A stretch of DNA of 64,000 nt, taken from Fibrobacteria bacterium (lineage in GTDB: Bacteria; Fibrobacterota; Fibrobacteria; UBA11236). Position numbers and translations under genes: made by a program. The stretch is from NCBI GenBank assembly GCA_043745805.1, contig JAYTSD010000004.1:94543-158542 (forward strand), written 5' to 3'. Positions 39,620 through 49,654 of this stretch are shown here, one piece after another; position 1 is the stretch's first letter, and every line of letters begins with the position of its first letter. The notes below the pieces were generated by a model. That model saw nothing but the letters and a program-made list of their open reading frames with translations. It made no database searches and was not told where the DNA came from.

Positions 39620-41365
39620 CTACCTTTTGATTGCGAAAATACTAATATCGTCCATATTTTGCCGGCCTTCAGAAAATCTGTCTCGATCTTCTTGCACCCG
39701 GATAATGGTGGATTCCGAGCCCTGTGCCGCATATTTTAAAATCACTGCATCTAATCGCTTGCGGCCATAGAGCTCTTCTTTGGAGTTGAAACTTTCGTTC
39801 ACACCGTCGGTATACACAAATAATAAATCGCCAGGGTGAATGACAGTATTTTGCGTAGCGTATTGATTGTCTTCAAACATACCTAAGAAAAATCCACTGC
39901 GCATTTGTAAATGCTCTAAGGACTTTGTAGCACTCCGATAAATAACCGGATAAGGATGACAGACTCGGCAATAGCTTAAATTACCCGTACTTTGTTCTAA
40001 GATCCCTGCAAAGGCCGTTAAATAATGATCGGTTTTAACCGCTGCGCATAAATCACGATTCACTCGCGTTAATATTTCCGAAACACTTAAGCCTAATTTT
40101 ACATGTCTATCAAAAGCCATTTTTGCCATGGCTGTCACCAAAGCCGCAGGAACTCCATGTCCAGAAACATCGGTCATAAGCATGAAAATATGATCTTCAT
40201 CGAGTTGAATGAAATCATAAAAATCGCCACTTACCTTACCCGTCGGTACATAAGCCGCTGCGATTTCGTATCCGGGTAATTGCGGTAAATTTTTAGGTAA
40301 CATTCCTTGTTGCACTTGCTTGGCCATGTCCAATTCAATTTCGGTTTCATGTGAAGCTTGCTCTAGATTTTGTTTTACTCTTTCTAATTCTTGATATTGA
40401 ATAGAAAGCTGTTCCGTGCGTTCATGCACTTTATGTTCCAGCTCTTGCGCCGCTGCAACTAATTTTTTTTCCATTTCTTTAAACTGACTCACATCGGTTA
40501 CAAACCAAACACGACCTATGATGCGGCTATGTTCGTCTACAATGGGTCGCGTGTAAATTTGAAAGGTTGCAGGATAAGGCAAAACCATATCAAAGATTTT
40601 TTCCATATGTGCTTGCGGCTCTTTATGCAAAGTGGAATAAAAATCCATAAACTCTTGCGGTTGCTTAAAATGATATTGTAATAGATCCGCTGCAATCTCA
40701 AATTGCATTCCATTAAATTGTCGCCAATTCAAACCAAATAATTTTCCAAAACGACTATTAGTAGAACTAATCACGGCGGCTTCATCTACTAAAGAAATTC
40801 CATCTTTGGAGGAGCCAATAATCGCCTTCACACGACTTTCAGAAATACGTAATTCGGTAATTTCTTGAATGGAAATGATGCGAATACTATTTAAAAGAAT
40901 ACTACGAAAATGGTAATAATGCTTTTCGCCTCCATTGGGCATGGGAATTTCTTTTTCCCATTCGCTTTCTTTGCCTTCCGGTTCGAGATAATATTCAATG
41001 TCTCCAAAAATAGGTCGCCCGCTTTGCGAATGCATGCCTACTTCTTTAATCAATCGTCCCAAGGCTTTATCATTACCAATGCCTAAAATACCCAAAGCAA
41101 ATTCATTGATTTTCACCACGCGCAATTCTTTATCAATCTGGATAATACCGGTTTGGCGCTCCAAGAAATCGTCCTGTTTAGCTGATTCGCTAAGTATACT
41201 TTTGGTATTTTGTAGCTCTTGTTGAAAACGCGTGATTTGTCGCATTAAGCTGGGGATTTCTACCTCATCTTTATATTTCAAGATATGCTGCAGCTGAATA
41301 GCCTGCTGCTTCAGTTTGTATGCCTCAGGGCCAATATCGTCATTTGAATTTAATTGTAAATCCAC
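39620..41365 (-). CDS. PAS-domain PP2C-type (SpoIIE/RsbU-like) serine phosphatase
   Basis: C-terminal DVSGHGVPAALVTAMAK ... VYTDGV PP2C motifs. N-terminal coiled-coil/PAS. Confidence 0.75.
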   Translation of the reverse strand: MDLQLNSNDDIGPEAYKLKQQAIQLQHILKYKDEVEIPSLMRQITRFQQELQNTKSILSESAKQDDFLERQTGIIQIDKELRVVKINEFALGILGIGNDKALGRLIKEVGMHSQSGRPIFGDIEYYLEPEGKESEWEKEIPMPNGGEKHYYHFRSILLNSIRIISIQEITELRISESRVKAIIGSSKDGISLVDEAAVISSTNSRFGKLFGLNWRQFNGMQFEIAADLLQYHFKQPQEFMDFYSTLHKEPQAHMEKIFDMVLPYPATFQIYTRPIVDEHSRIIGRVWFVTDVSQFKEMEKKLVAAAQELEHKVHERTEQLSIQYQELERVKQNLEQASHETEIELDMAKQVQQGMLPKNLPQLPGYEIAAAYVPTGKVSGDFYDFIQLDEDHIFMLMTDVSGHGVPAALVTAMAKMAFDRHVKLGLSVSEILTRVNRDLCAAVKTDHYLTAFAGILEQSTGNLSYCRVCHPYPVIYRSATKSLEHLQMRSGFFLGMFEDNQYATQNTVIHPGDLLFVYTDGVNESFNSKEELYGRKRLDAVILKYAAQGSESTIIRVQEDRDRFSEGRQNMDDISIFAIKR

Positions 41366-41670
41366 TAAATACTACCCATAGAAAAGAATGAAAAGGAAAT
41401 TATGAGGCTAAGTTTACCATTATTCACAGGACAAATTGGATAGTCTTTGTAAAAATTGGCCTGACTTCTATCCATTTTTTGAGTCCTGATGTTTAATGCC
41501 TTTGGAATCGTGTCTCGGAATAGTGTCCCCTTGAAAGGCTTCTTCAAGTTCTTGATTAATAATTATACAATATAATTTTGCCAGACCTTAATCTACATTT
41601 ACCGAGAAATAGAATAGACTGGTCAAAAGTGTGGTCAGGCTTGTATTTTATTAGAAAAGGAGATTCACTT

Positions 41671-42231
41671 ATGTTCAAGAGTTTTAACCGTCTAGCTGTT
41701 TTAGTTTTCTGCGGAATGGTTTTTGTGAAGGCCGAAAATCAACCGGCCATGCAAGGACCAATAGCCCCCGAGCCCCCACCATCTTATGAATTAGATAAAA
41801 AAACCGGCAAGCGTGCCCATATCGATTTCAATTTAATGGTCAAGCCTCTTTCCGATGCGAATATGAAGTTCAGCAGCTTCGGTTCTCGTAAACTGATGTT
41901 ATTTTATTTTTCGGCCAAATGCCCGCATTGCCAACATGCCTTTCCTTATGTGCAAAAATTAGCAGATGAATTAGCACCCAAAGGCGTAACAAGCATTGCC
42001 TGCGCCATTAAAATGAATACTGAAGATGAAGTGCGCGAATTTGTGCGTGACTTCAAATGTAAAATGCCGATGTTCTATGATGATCAAAGAACACTCGGTG
42101 AAAATTATGGAACAGGATCCATTCCTTTAATCTTAGTGATCAATGAAAAAGGCGAGTATATCCGCTATAAATCTTTCGAACCTCTTGAAACACCCAAGTG
42201 GATTAAAAGCGAATTCGAATTACTCAAATAA
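41671..42231 (+). CDS. Secreted thioredoxin-fold thiol-disulfide oxidoreductase (TlpA/redoxin-like)
   Basis: CPHC active site. Signal peptide from MFKSFNRLAVLVF. The ORF-track N-terminal extension is unlikely. Confidence 0.65.
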   Translation: MFKSFNRLAVLVFCGMVFVKAENQPAMQGPIAPEPPPSYELDKKTGKRAHIDFNLMVKPLSDANMKFSSFGSRKLMLFYFSAKCPHCQHAFPYVQKLADELAPKGVTSIACAIKMNTEDEVREFVRDFKCKMPMFYDDQRTLGENYGTGSIPLILVINEKGEYIRYKSFEPLETPKWIKSEFELLK

Positions 42232-42283
42232 TATTTCGAGGCCATGCCATGTTTTTTATAAGCATTAACCATGGTCTTTTTTT

Positions 42284-43300
42284 ATGCCTATAATTAATTC
42301 TTCCTTTACCTCGCAATTACGTGGCTTACCCAAATCTTTATCGCTCATTGATTTTCTTTCACAACGATTCTTTTATCATACTAGAGAAGAATGGAAAGCG
42401 CTAATTCATAAAGGACGATTAAGTCTTGATGATCAACTTGCAAGCGCGGAAGATATTCTCAAAAATGGACAAAGCCTGCGTTTTCAAGTCGTCGATTATT
42501 TTGAACCCGATTTACCTTGTGATTTTAAAATCGTCACGCAAAACCAGCATTTAATGTTGGTACATAAACCTGCGGGTTTACCAGTGCATCGAACCGGAAA
42601 AATTTTCTTTCAAACGCTGGCGAATTTAATTCGTGAACATTTAAAGGATCAAGAATGGTCGCCTCTAAATCGCTTAGATCGCGATACCTCGGGACTTGTC
42701 GCCTTTGCTAAAGGTAAAGCGGCGGCATCATTGTATTCACCGCAAAATGTGGAAACTCATTGGAGTAAAATTTATGTGGCCGTGATACGAGGAGATTTAC
42801 CCAAAGGGTTGCAAAGTACTAGCTTGCCTTTAAAGGAAAATGTTAAAGCAGCGATTCGCAGTAAAATGGAAGTAGATGAAGAGGGGAAAGTTTCTCATAC
42901 TTTGTGGCAAAAAATCGCTTCCGAAAATGGTTATAGTTTAGTAGTACTCTCTCCACTAACTGGCCGCAAACATCAGCTGCGAGCACATTTGGCAGCATTA
43001 GGATATCCGATGGTAGGCGATAAAATGTATGCCCATGATGGCATCTATTATCTCAAGCAATTAAATGCCGAATTAAGTGCCGAGGATTTTTCGGTACTAG
43101 GCGCGCATCGCCATTTACTGCATTCTTGTTTTTTGAATATCTCGCTAGGAAAACATTCGATGTGCCAGGCTTGGGATTGGGATTGGCCCGAGGAATTTAC
43201 CCACTACTTTGAGTTTTCCACTTGGCAAAATTGGATGACTTCCGCTGCCGGAGACACTTTTAAAGCACAGGTTTGGGAAGCGCGGAATATAAATCCTTAA
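42284..43300 (+). CDS. RluA-family pseudouridine synthase
   Basis: LNRLDRDTSGLVAFAK catalytic-Asp motif. Confidence 0.75.
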   Translation: MPIINSSFTSQLRGLPKSLSLIDFLSQRFFYHTREEWKALIHKGRLSLDDQLASAEDILKNGQSLRFQVVDYFEPDLPCDFKIVTQNQHLMLVHKPAGLPVHRTGKIFFQTLANLIREHLKDQEWSPLNRLDRDTSGLVAFAKGKAAASLYSPQNVETHWSKIYVAVIRGDLPKGLQSTSLPLKENVKAAIRSKMEVDEEGKVSHTLWQKIASENGYSLVVLSPLTGRKHQLRAHLAALGYPMVGDKMYAHDGIYYLKQLNAELSAEDFSVLGAHRHLLHSCFLNISLGKHSMCQAWDWDWPEEFTHYFEFSTWQNWMTSAAGDTFKAQVWEARNINP

Positions 43301-43571
43301 CTTTCGCTTCAATCGCATCAATATCTTGGGCCTCCACTTTTTGTAACCAAACGCGCTGCGGATAAATCATCACATTCGGACCTTGCGCACAAGGGCCAAT
43401 ACAGGCGGTGCGACTAATACGCACAGGTAACTTGGCCTTTTTAAAACGCTCTTTGAGTTGCACGGCCAAATCCGCATTCACCGACGTGTCTCCACAGCTT
43501 TGACTACCATCTTCACGGGTATTGGTGCAAAAAAATAAATGAATTTCATGAGGAGTAATATCTATATGCAT
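43260..43571 (-). CDS. Thioredoxin-like [2Fe-2S] ferredoxin-domain protein
   Basis: CxxxxC...CIGPCAQGPNV Cys pattern of NuoE-like ferredoxins. 103 aa. Confidence 0.55.
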   Translation of the reverse strand: MHIDITPHEIHLFFCTNTREDGSQSCGDTSVNADLAVQLKERFKKAKLPVRISRTACIGPCAQGPNVMIYPQRVWLQKVEAQDIDAIEAKVKDLYSALPKPVL

Positions 43572-43719
43572 GAAATAAAGGTAAGAATAAAAAACCCAAA
43601 CCTTCTATTTCAATTATTCAGACTATCCTTCAATCCTTCCTTTAACCTTCCTCGACTTTCCAATGATTTTGTTTCGACTTTATTCTTACAATAAGCTAGG
43701 GAGTTTTTAACTTGCAAGC

Positions 43720-44448
43720 ATGACTATGAAAAAAGCCTATTTCATTTCCGATTTACACTTTGGCGCCCATTATGGAAAATCGCATCCAGGCCGCGAAGAA
43801 AGTTTTCATCGCTTTTTAAAAACCATTACACCGCAGGCGAGTCATATTTTTATTCTAGGTGATTTATTTGAATTTTGGATGGAGTATTCCCATTTCATTC
43901 CAAAAGCGCATTTCGCTACCTTGCGAGCCCTTGCCGAGGCCGCCAGTGCAGGCATAGAAGTTCATTATCTCTGCGGCAATCATGATTTTAATTTAGGGTC
44001 TTTTTTTGATGAACATTTAAAAATAAAAACCCATTCGGAATCCTTATCGATTACTTTGCAAGAAAAAAAAGTTTTTCTGATTCATGGCGATGGCTTAGCC
44101 AAATCCGATTGGAAATATCGCATTACGAAAAAAATAATCCGTCACTCACTGTCTAATTTTCTCTTTAAACTCATTCATCCCGATTGGGGCATGCGTCTCG
44201 CTTTCTTTGTAGGCAAAGCTTCCCGCGATCAACATGATTGTAGGCCACGATTATTAGCAGAGTATCAAGCCGCTTCGGTGGCGCTTTTGAAATTGGGACA
44301 TGATATGGTGATCCATGGCCATACTCATGCCGCTTTTGTGAAGGATTTACCTGAAGGGGTTTATATCAATAGCGGGGATTGGCTGCAACATCAACGTTAC
44401 GTGGTGATAGAGCATGGGGTTTGTCGTCTAGAAGAGTTTGGTGGTTAA
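43720..44448 (+). CDS. LpxH-like UDP-2,3-diacylglucosamine hydrolase / calcineurin-like metallophosphoesterase
   Basis: DLHFG, GDLFEFW and GNHDF motifs. Confidence 0.65.
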   Translation: MTMKKAYFISDLHFGAHYGKSHPGREESFHRFLKTITPQASHIFILGDLFEFWMEYSHFIPKAHFATLRALAEAASAGIEVHYLCGNHDFNLGSFFDEHLKIKTHSESLSITLQEKKVFLIHGDGLAKSDWKYRITKKIIRHSLSNFLFKLIHPDWGMRLAFFVGKASRDQHDCRPRLLAEYQAASVALLKLGHDMVIHGHTHAAFVKDLPEGVYINSGDWLQHQRYVVIEHGVCRLEEFGG

Positions 44449-44462
44449 CAAAGTTTCATTTT

Positions 44463-45347
44463 TCACAACAGCGCGATTTGCTTTTTAATTTGCTCTAACT
44501 TTTCATAATCCTCTTTTTGCAAAGCCTCAACCTTAGCGACCAACAATTCCAATTTTTGCAATTCCTTGTTATGCAAAGAACCGCTTTCAATCAATTGCAC
44601 AATTTGCTGGGTGTCCTCAGGATAGCCAAAATCGCTCATAAAGGTTTGAAACTGTTCTAGAGCCTTGCTGTATTCATTTTTATCCTCACGGCTATAAATC
44701 ATTTTGGGTAACAATTCTTTGAGTAAAAAGGTTTTAATATCCCCTTTATAGGTTTGGATTTTTATTTCTTCATGCTTTGTTTGCGCTGGCAAGCGTGGAT
44801 CTTCGATATTATTTAAAAGCAAAGCAATTTCATTTTCTAAGGCGCGATGTTCTTGTTCGCGAAAACAAGCTTGATACATAATGGGAAAAGAGTTTACGCA
44901 TAAATGCGCATGACTTAAAACAGTAAAGACTCCCAAATAAAATACATCGGCTTCACCGTGCATCATCTCTTCTTCACTATTAAAATACGCCACCTTAGCT
45001 GGGATAGGAATAAAATCGGCATTCTTCATCGACTCCAAACGTTCCCTTACCGCTTCAGGATCTAAAGCACCTTCGAGGCCACCCATATCCTTGGCTTGCT
45101 CAATAACTTCTTGAATCCCTTTTTCCAGAGACACGCCAAATTCCGCACGAAAAAAATCGCGAATGTTTCTTTGATCAACATAATTTGCTTGAATTGCGAG
45201 TATGCCATTGCGCACCATATGCGCTAAGGGATTGGGAGCATCCGGCCTTTCAATCATATCGCCATGCACATGTACATAAGCGATGAGTTTGCCTTTTAAA
45301 TATTCCGGATTACCTTTTTTTTGTTCCACATGCATAGCAAGACTCAT
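44463..45347 (-). CDS. Hypothetical protein (294 aa) immediately downstream of larC
   Basis: Long ORF with consistent codon usage. No recognisable motif. Confidence 0.4.
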   Translation of the reverse strand: MSLAMHVEQKKGNPEYLKGKLIAYVHVHGDMIERPDAPNPLAHMVRNGILAIQANYVDQRNIRDFFRAEFGVSLEKGIQEVIEQAKDMGGLEGALDPEAVRERLESMKNADFIPIPAKVAYFNSEEEMMHGEADVFYLGVFTVLSHAHLCVNSFPIMYQACFREQEHRALENEIALLLNNIEDPRLPAQTKHEEIKIQTYKGDIKTFLLKELLPKMIYSREDKNEYSKALEQFQTFMSDFGYPEDTQQIVQLIESGSLHNKELQKLELLVAKVEALQKEDYEKLEQIKKQIALL

Positions 45348-45392
45348 TAATACTCATTTCAAATAACTAATTGTTTCGGCTAATAATTTTCC

Positions 45393-46616
45393 CTAATGTT
45401 CTACGGAATCATCTTGGGGATTTTTCAATAAGCTCTTCTTCCAATGTACAAGGCATTGCGCCGCTTCGGCATAAATTTCTGATAAAGTTAAACCGGCAAC
45501 TTGAGCCAAAGTCTTACAGCTCTCATATTCTGGGGTATAGCGAGTAATAGTGGGTTCAGTAAAATCAATTTGCTTAAACTCCAGCTCCCCCCAACGGGTT
45601 TTTATCATAAATTTGGTTTTTTTTCCAATTTTTCGATGCACCGGAAAATAGCGTACTCCACCCGTATTGGTTTCTTGAATGAATGTCGATAAAGCTAATT
45701 GTAAGTTTTTTTTTTCTACCAAGGCATTTAGTTGCGTAGCTGCGCGTCCCTTTTTCATCACAATAGAATTTTGCCAAACATCCAAACAACCACTTTCCAA
45801 TAATTTTTCTGCGGCGTACGCCAAAGCTTCGGGTGTCATGGAATCTAAATTGCATTCGATTTGAAAAACTTGATCGGGAAAAGAATTTCCTGTATTTTCT
45901 TCGGTTTGCATTTGACATAGACGTAACACATTCGCTACCCCAGGGTATTCGCGCGATCCGGCTCCATAGCCTATTTTTTCCAAAATCATATCCGGTGCTT
46001 CGGAAATAGGACGAGCAAAATGAGTCGCTATCGCCATGCCTGTGGGCGTACAAAGTTCGGCCTCTAAAGGAATACGGCGCGAGGGAAAGCCCTGCGAAAG
46101 CGCTAGACTGGCGGGTGCCGGCTCCGCCAATTGACCATGCATGATTTTAATTTTTCCCAAACCAAAAGTAAAAGGGGTAACATAAAATTTTTCAAAACCT
46201 AAAAGCTGAAATCCTAAACAAACACCTACTATATCCACAATAGTATCCATAGCGCCTAATTCGTGAAAGTGCACATCCTCTAAGAGAATAGCATGGATTT
46301 TTGCTTCCACTTCGCCTAAACGCGTGAAGATTTGACTTGCCTGTTGTACCACCTGTTTATCTATGGGCAAAGTATTTATCAATTGTAAAATTTCTTTTAA
46401 ACCACGATGTTGATTTTGTTTTTCGTAATGGATTTTAATCTGCGTTGCCGCAATTCCTTCGCGCGAAACTTTTTCTTGCTGAATTTCCCAAGGAGGCAAA
46501 GGCAATTTAAGCATTATCTCTTGCCATGCTTTAAAATCAAGGCCCAAATCAAATAAGGCGGCAAGGATCATATCCCCCGAAATGCCGGTATGGATGTCAA
46601 AAAGTAAAACCTTCAT
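45393..46616 (-). CDS. larC: LarC-family (DUF111) nickel insertion protein
   Basis: MKVLLFDIHTGISGDMILAALFDLG N-terminus is characteristic of LarC. Confidence 0.7.
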   Translation of the reverse strand: MKVLLFDIHTGISGDMILAALFDLGLDFKAWQEIMLKLPLPPWEIQQEKVSREGIAATQIKIHYEKQNQHRGLKEILQLINTLPIDKQVVQQASQIFTRLGEVEAKIHAILLEDVHFHELGAMDTIVDIVGVCLGFQLLGFEKFYVTPFTFGLGKIKIMHGQLAEPAPASLALSQGFPSRRIPLEAELCTPTGMAIATHFARPISEAPDMILEKIGYGAGSREYPGVANVLRLCQMQTEENTGNSFPDQVFQIECNLDSMTPEALAYAAEKLLESGCLDVWQNSIVMKKGRAATQLNALVEKKNLQLALSTFIQETNTGGVRYFPVHRKIGKKTKFMIKTRWGELEFKQIDFTEPTITRYTPEYESCKTLAQVAGLTLSEIYAEAAQCLVHWKKSLLKNPQDDSVEH

Positions 46617-46732
46617 TTCGTACTCTTATTTATATGTAAATGGGAAAGGTAAAAAAGCGAGGAAGGCAAAAAACAGAAACAGAATAAAATAACGTCTTAA
46701 TATGTCCTTAGAATGTGAAAGGCGAGAAATGC

Positions 46733-47593
46733 CTAAAAATCAAAGGAGGCTTGGAATTTTTTTATCTCTTCGGGAACCATTTTTTTAACATCTTCAACTT
46801 CTTCTGGAGTAAAGCCTAATAGTTGAACAAAGGGTAAATTAATTTCGGGTTTACGATCCAAATCCGGCATACAATAACCCATATCATAGGCCAAGCCATC
46901 GGCATAATGCACTAGCGTAATCATTTCTTTATTGGTTTCCGCTTTATGTGGTAAATGATGATGAATAATAGGAATGCGAATATCCTGTGGCAATTCCCAT
47001 CGGGCGGTAAGCCAATCCCCTACTTGCGTATGATCAAATTCAAAAACATCTTTTTCGGCTTGTACTAAAGAAATTTTTTCAGCTTTCGCTTTTTGTAATG
47101 CTTTTACAAATTCTTCGTGAAAATATTGATCCAATACAATACGCCCCAAGTCATGAATAAGGCCGGCGCAAAAACATTCTTCCGGATCGAAAAGCGTAAT
47201 CTTTTTCATTTTCATGGCGAGCTGCTTCGCAATCACACCACAAGCTAGGGAATGTTCCCAAAATCTTTTACGACTAAAAAGGGCAGATTGTCCATCAGCA
47301 GGAAAAAGTTTCACAATACTAATACTGAATACCATAGTATTAATCACTTTTAATCCTAAAATAACCACGGCATTATGTACCGTAGTCACCGTGCGAGGTA
47401 TGCCATAGAAAGCAGAATTGGCTAAGCGTAATACCTTAGAGGTTAAGGCCACATCCTGTGCAATAAGTTGCGCCACATCGGCTGCCGAAGTAGTAGGATC
47501 ATTAATGATCTTAATCAGTTTATTTGCCACCTCCGGTAAGGTTGGTAAATTCTCAATTTGTTCTATTCTTTTTTGAAAAGCGCTTTTTGTCAT
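46733..47593 (-). CDS. HDOD-domain signalling protein
   Basis: LPTLPEVANKLIKIINDPTTSAADVAQLIAQDVALTSKVLRLANSAFYG = HDOD. Start chosen at MTKSAF (47593) rather than the track's longer ORF. Confidence 0.7.
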   Translation of the reverse strand: MTKSAFQKRIEQIENLPTLPEVANKLIKIINDPTTSAADVAQLIAQDVALTSKVLRLANSAFYGIPRTVTTVHNAVVILGLKVINTMVFSISIVKLFPADGQSALFSRKRFWEHSLACGVIAKQLAMKMKKITLFDPEECFCAGLIHDLGRIVLDQYFHEEFVKALQKAKAEKISLVQAEKDVFEFDHTQVGDWLTARWELPQDIRIPIIHHHLPHKAETNKEMITLVHYADGLAYDMGYCMPDLDRKPEINLPFVQLLGFTPEEVEDVKKMVPEEIKKFQASFDF

Positions 47594-47678
47594 TTGAAAC
47601 AAGTGTATAATGAAAAAGGGTTTTAGGTCAATAAAGGAAACAAAAAACCCTCTATAACCATTAATTATATTTGAACCT

Positions 47679-48722
47679 ATGAAAAAACTGCTTAAATCAC
47701 TTGCTCCCCTACTATTTTTACCCTCAGCTTTTGCCCTTAGCACCCAAGATGGTTTTCCTGGCTTGCAGCGTATTTATTCGGCGCAAACCCAAGGCCATTT
47801 GGTGTTTAGCACGGGCATTAGCGGTGATGGCTTTATAGACCCAGGTATGCTACAAGGCCAACATATATTTAGCTATGATCCCGATTCCTTAAACTCCGCT
47901 CCCGACACTCTTTCTTTGGATAATTTTCAATCTACTACTTTAAATGTGAATTTAAATATGGGTTTATCGGACTACTTAGATTTGGGTGCAAGCATAGCTT
48001 TCCATGGAGAGCTGGCAGCGGATGACATTGGAAATAAACTTGCTGGCACTGGGTTAGGCGATTTAAAATTAGCCGCAAAAGTACAACTCCCTTTTCATCC
48101 CCATTCCCATGTTTTGGATTTCGCTTTATTTGCAGGTTTAAATATTCCCTTAAATGAAAAAAGTCGCGGCGTTTTCGCCAAAGAACCCAATTATTTTTCT
48201 GAAAAAGTTAACCTGCAAAAAAACTTTTTTAGCCAAGGTAACCCTTCGGAAACCTTTTTAATGCTTTGGACATTCGACCCATATTTACTGGAAGCCAAAA
48301 TCCCTTTTCGTTGGCATTTAAATTATGGCTTACTCAATATTCAATCCAATGACTATGATAATCGTTTTTTACTTTCGAGCGCAGTTGAATGGTCCATTGC
48401 TTATTCCCTTAACTTATATGTGGAATGGAATACACAAACTACTACTCCGCATTTAAAAGAAGGTTCGATTGGAAAAGACTTTCAAATTATATCAGGAGGA
48501 ATGGGCATTAAAGCCTCGGAGAATTTTACAGTTACCCTCGGCATAGATAAAGCCTTTGGTGAACGTCAATCTTTTGCCCTCGAAAAATATTCAGCCGATG
48601 AACAAAAAATTTATCGCTATAAGTCTTATGCTTATCCTGATATAGCCTTTCGCTTTGCTATTCACTGGACGGGTTGTTTAGGGGATGACAAGAAAGAACA
48701 AAATCCCGAGGAATTTAAATAG
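47679..48722 (+). CDS. Secreted hypothetical protein (possible outer-membrane protein)
   Basis: Signal peptide MKKLLKSLAPLLFLPSAFA. Alternating amphipathic beta-like segments. Confidence 0.45.
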   Translation: MKKLLKSLAPLLFLPSAFALSTQDGFPGLQRIYSAQTQGHLVFSTGISGDGFIDPGMLQGQHIFSYDPDSLNSAPDTLSLDNFQSTTLNVNLNMGLSDYLDLGASIAFHGELAADDIGNKLAGTGLGDLKLAAKVQLPFHPHSHVLDFALFAGLNIPLNEKSRGVFAKEPNYFSEKVNLQKNFFSQGNPSETFLMLWTFDPYLLEAKIPFRWHLNYGLLNIQSNDYDNRFLLSSAVEWSIAYSLNLYVEWNTQTTTPHLKEGSIGKDFQIISGGMGIKASENFTVTLGIDKAFGERQSFALEKYSADEQKIYRYKSYAYPDIAFRFAIHWTGCLGDDKKEQNPEEFK

Positions 48723-48808
48723 CACGAGACCAATCAAAAAAAAGACCCGCTTATGCGGGCCTCCTTTAAACTTTAAAAAAATTAAAGTAATGAATTTATT
48801 ACTCCTTA

Positions 48809-49513
48809 TTAGAAATAGCGCACATAGCCAAAATTAATGGCCACATTGATAAAATCAGTAGGTTTTAATCCCTCACCAATTTTCAAATTCAGCACCGGTT
48901 CAAAAACCAATCCATTAAATTCACTGATTTTATAATTCATTGGGACGCTTCCGGTGATTGTATGCCATACCAAATCTTTTTTCGGGAAGCGGCCAACTTT
49001 AACGCCAGCAGAATCAATCGTATATTCAGATTTAGATTTTCCAATGCCCAAATCATAGCCGACAGTGGGTATAAGCGCAAAAGTTTCACTGGTTAAAAAG
49101 CGAAAAGCAAATTGCGGTCCACCATGAATTAAGTAACGAGAGAAAGTGTGCAAATTATTTTCTGGCGCGGTTGCCCCAGCATAAGAAAATCCCGCCTTAA
49201 CGGCGAAACTAAAAGTGTTTACTAAGGACGGTTCCACAAATTCAAAAACAACATAAGGATCCACACCAAAACCTTTTAAGGTATTATCAAAAGTAAGCGT
49301 GTCCTTCATTGGCTTTAAATAGGTGCAACCCAAAGTAGTGCGGCCTTCAATATTATATTCAAAAGTTCCAGTGATATGGGAAATCTGGCTATTCCATTCA
49401 AATCCAATTTTTGGCACTATACCACTCATATCCTGTTCAAAAAGTTGAACTTGAGCAAAAAGCGGCGCGGCCATTAATATCAGAAATGAAGGAACGGATT
49501 TTTTTAAATTCAT
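48809..49513 (-). CDS. Outer-membrane beta-barrel protein (C-terminal ...FGYVRYF)
   Basis: Signal peptide from MNLKKSVPSFLILMAAPLFAQ. Terminal Phe. Confidence 0.5.
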   Translation of the reverse strand: MNLKKSVPSFLILMAAPLFAQVQLFEQDMSGIVPKIGFEWNSQISHITGTFEYNIEGRTTLGCTYLKPMKDTLTFDNTLKGFGVDPYVVFEFVEPSLVNTFSFAVKAGFSYAGATAPENNLHTFSRYLIHGGPQFAFRFLTSETFALIPTVGYDLGIGKSKSEYTIDSAGVKVGRFPKKDLVWHTITGSVPMNYKISEFNGLVFEPVLNLKIGEGLKPTDFINVAINFGYVRYF

Positions 49514-49654
49514 TTTATCGATTACTCCTACGAAGGTTGTCCCAAAAGGTAAGGCATATAATCTACCCCCTAAACCTCTTATACACAAAAAGGAAATTGC
49601 AAATCTAAAAAAAAACTCAGCTTATGCTTCGAATTTGGAAAATAATTGGGTCGA

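Noticed and set aside
45574-46053. 159-aa minus-strand ORF and other short ORFs overlapping larC in alternative frames
   Set aside because: Fully embedded in a well-supported CDS, with low-complexity Arg/Ser-rich translation. Typical spurious frame.
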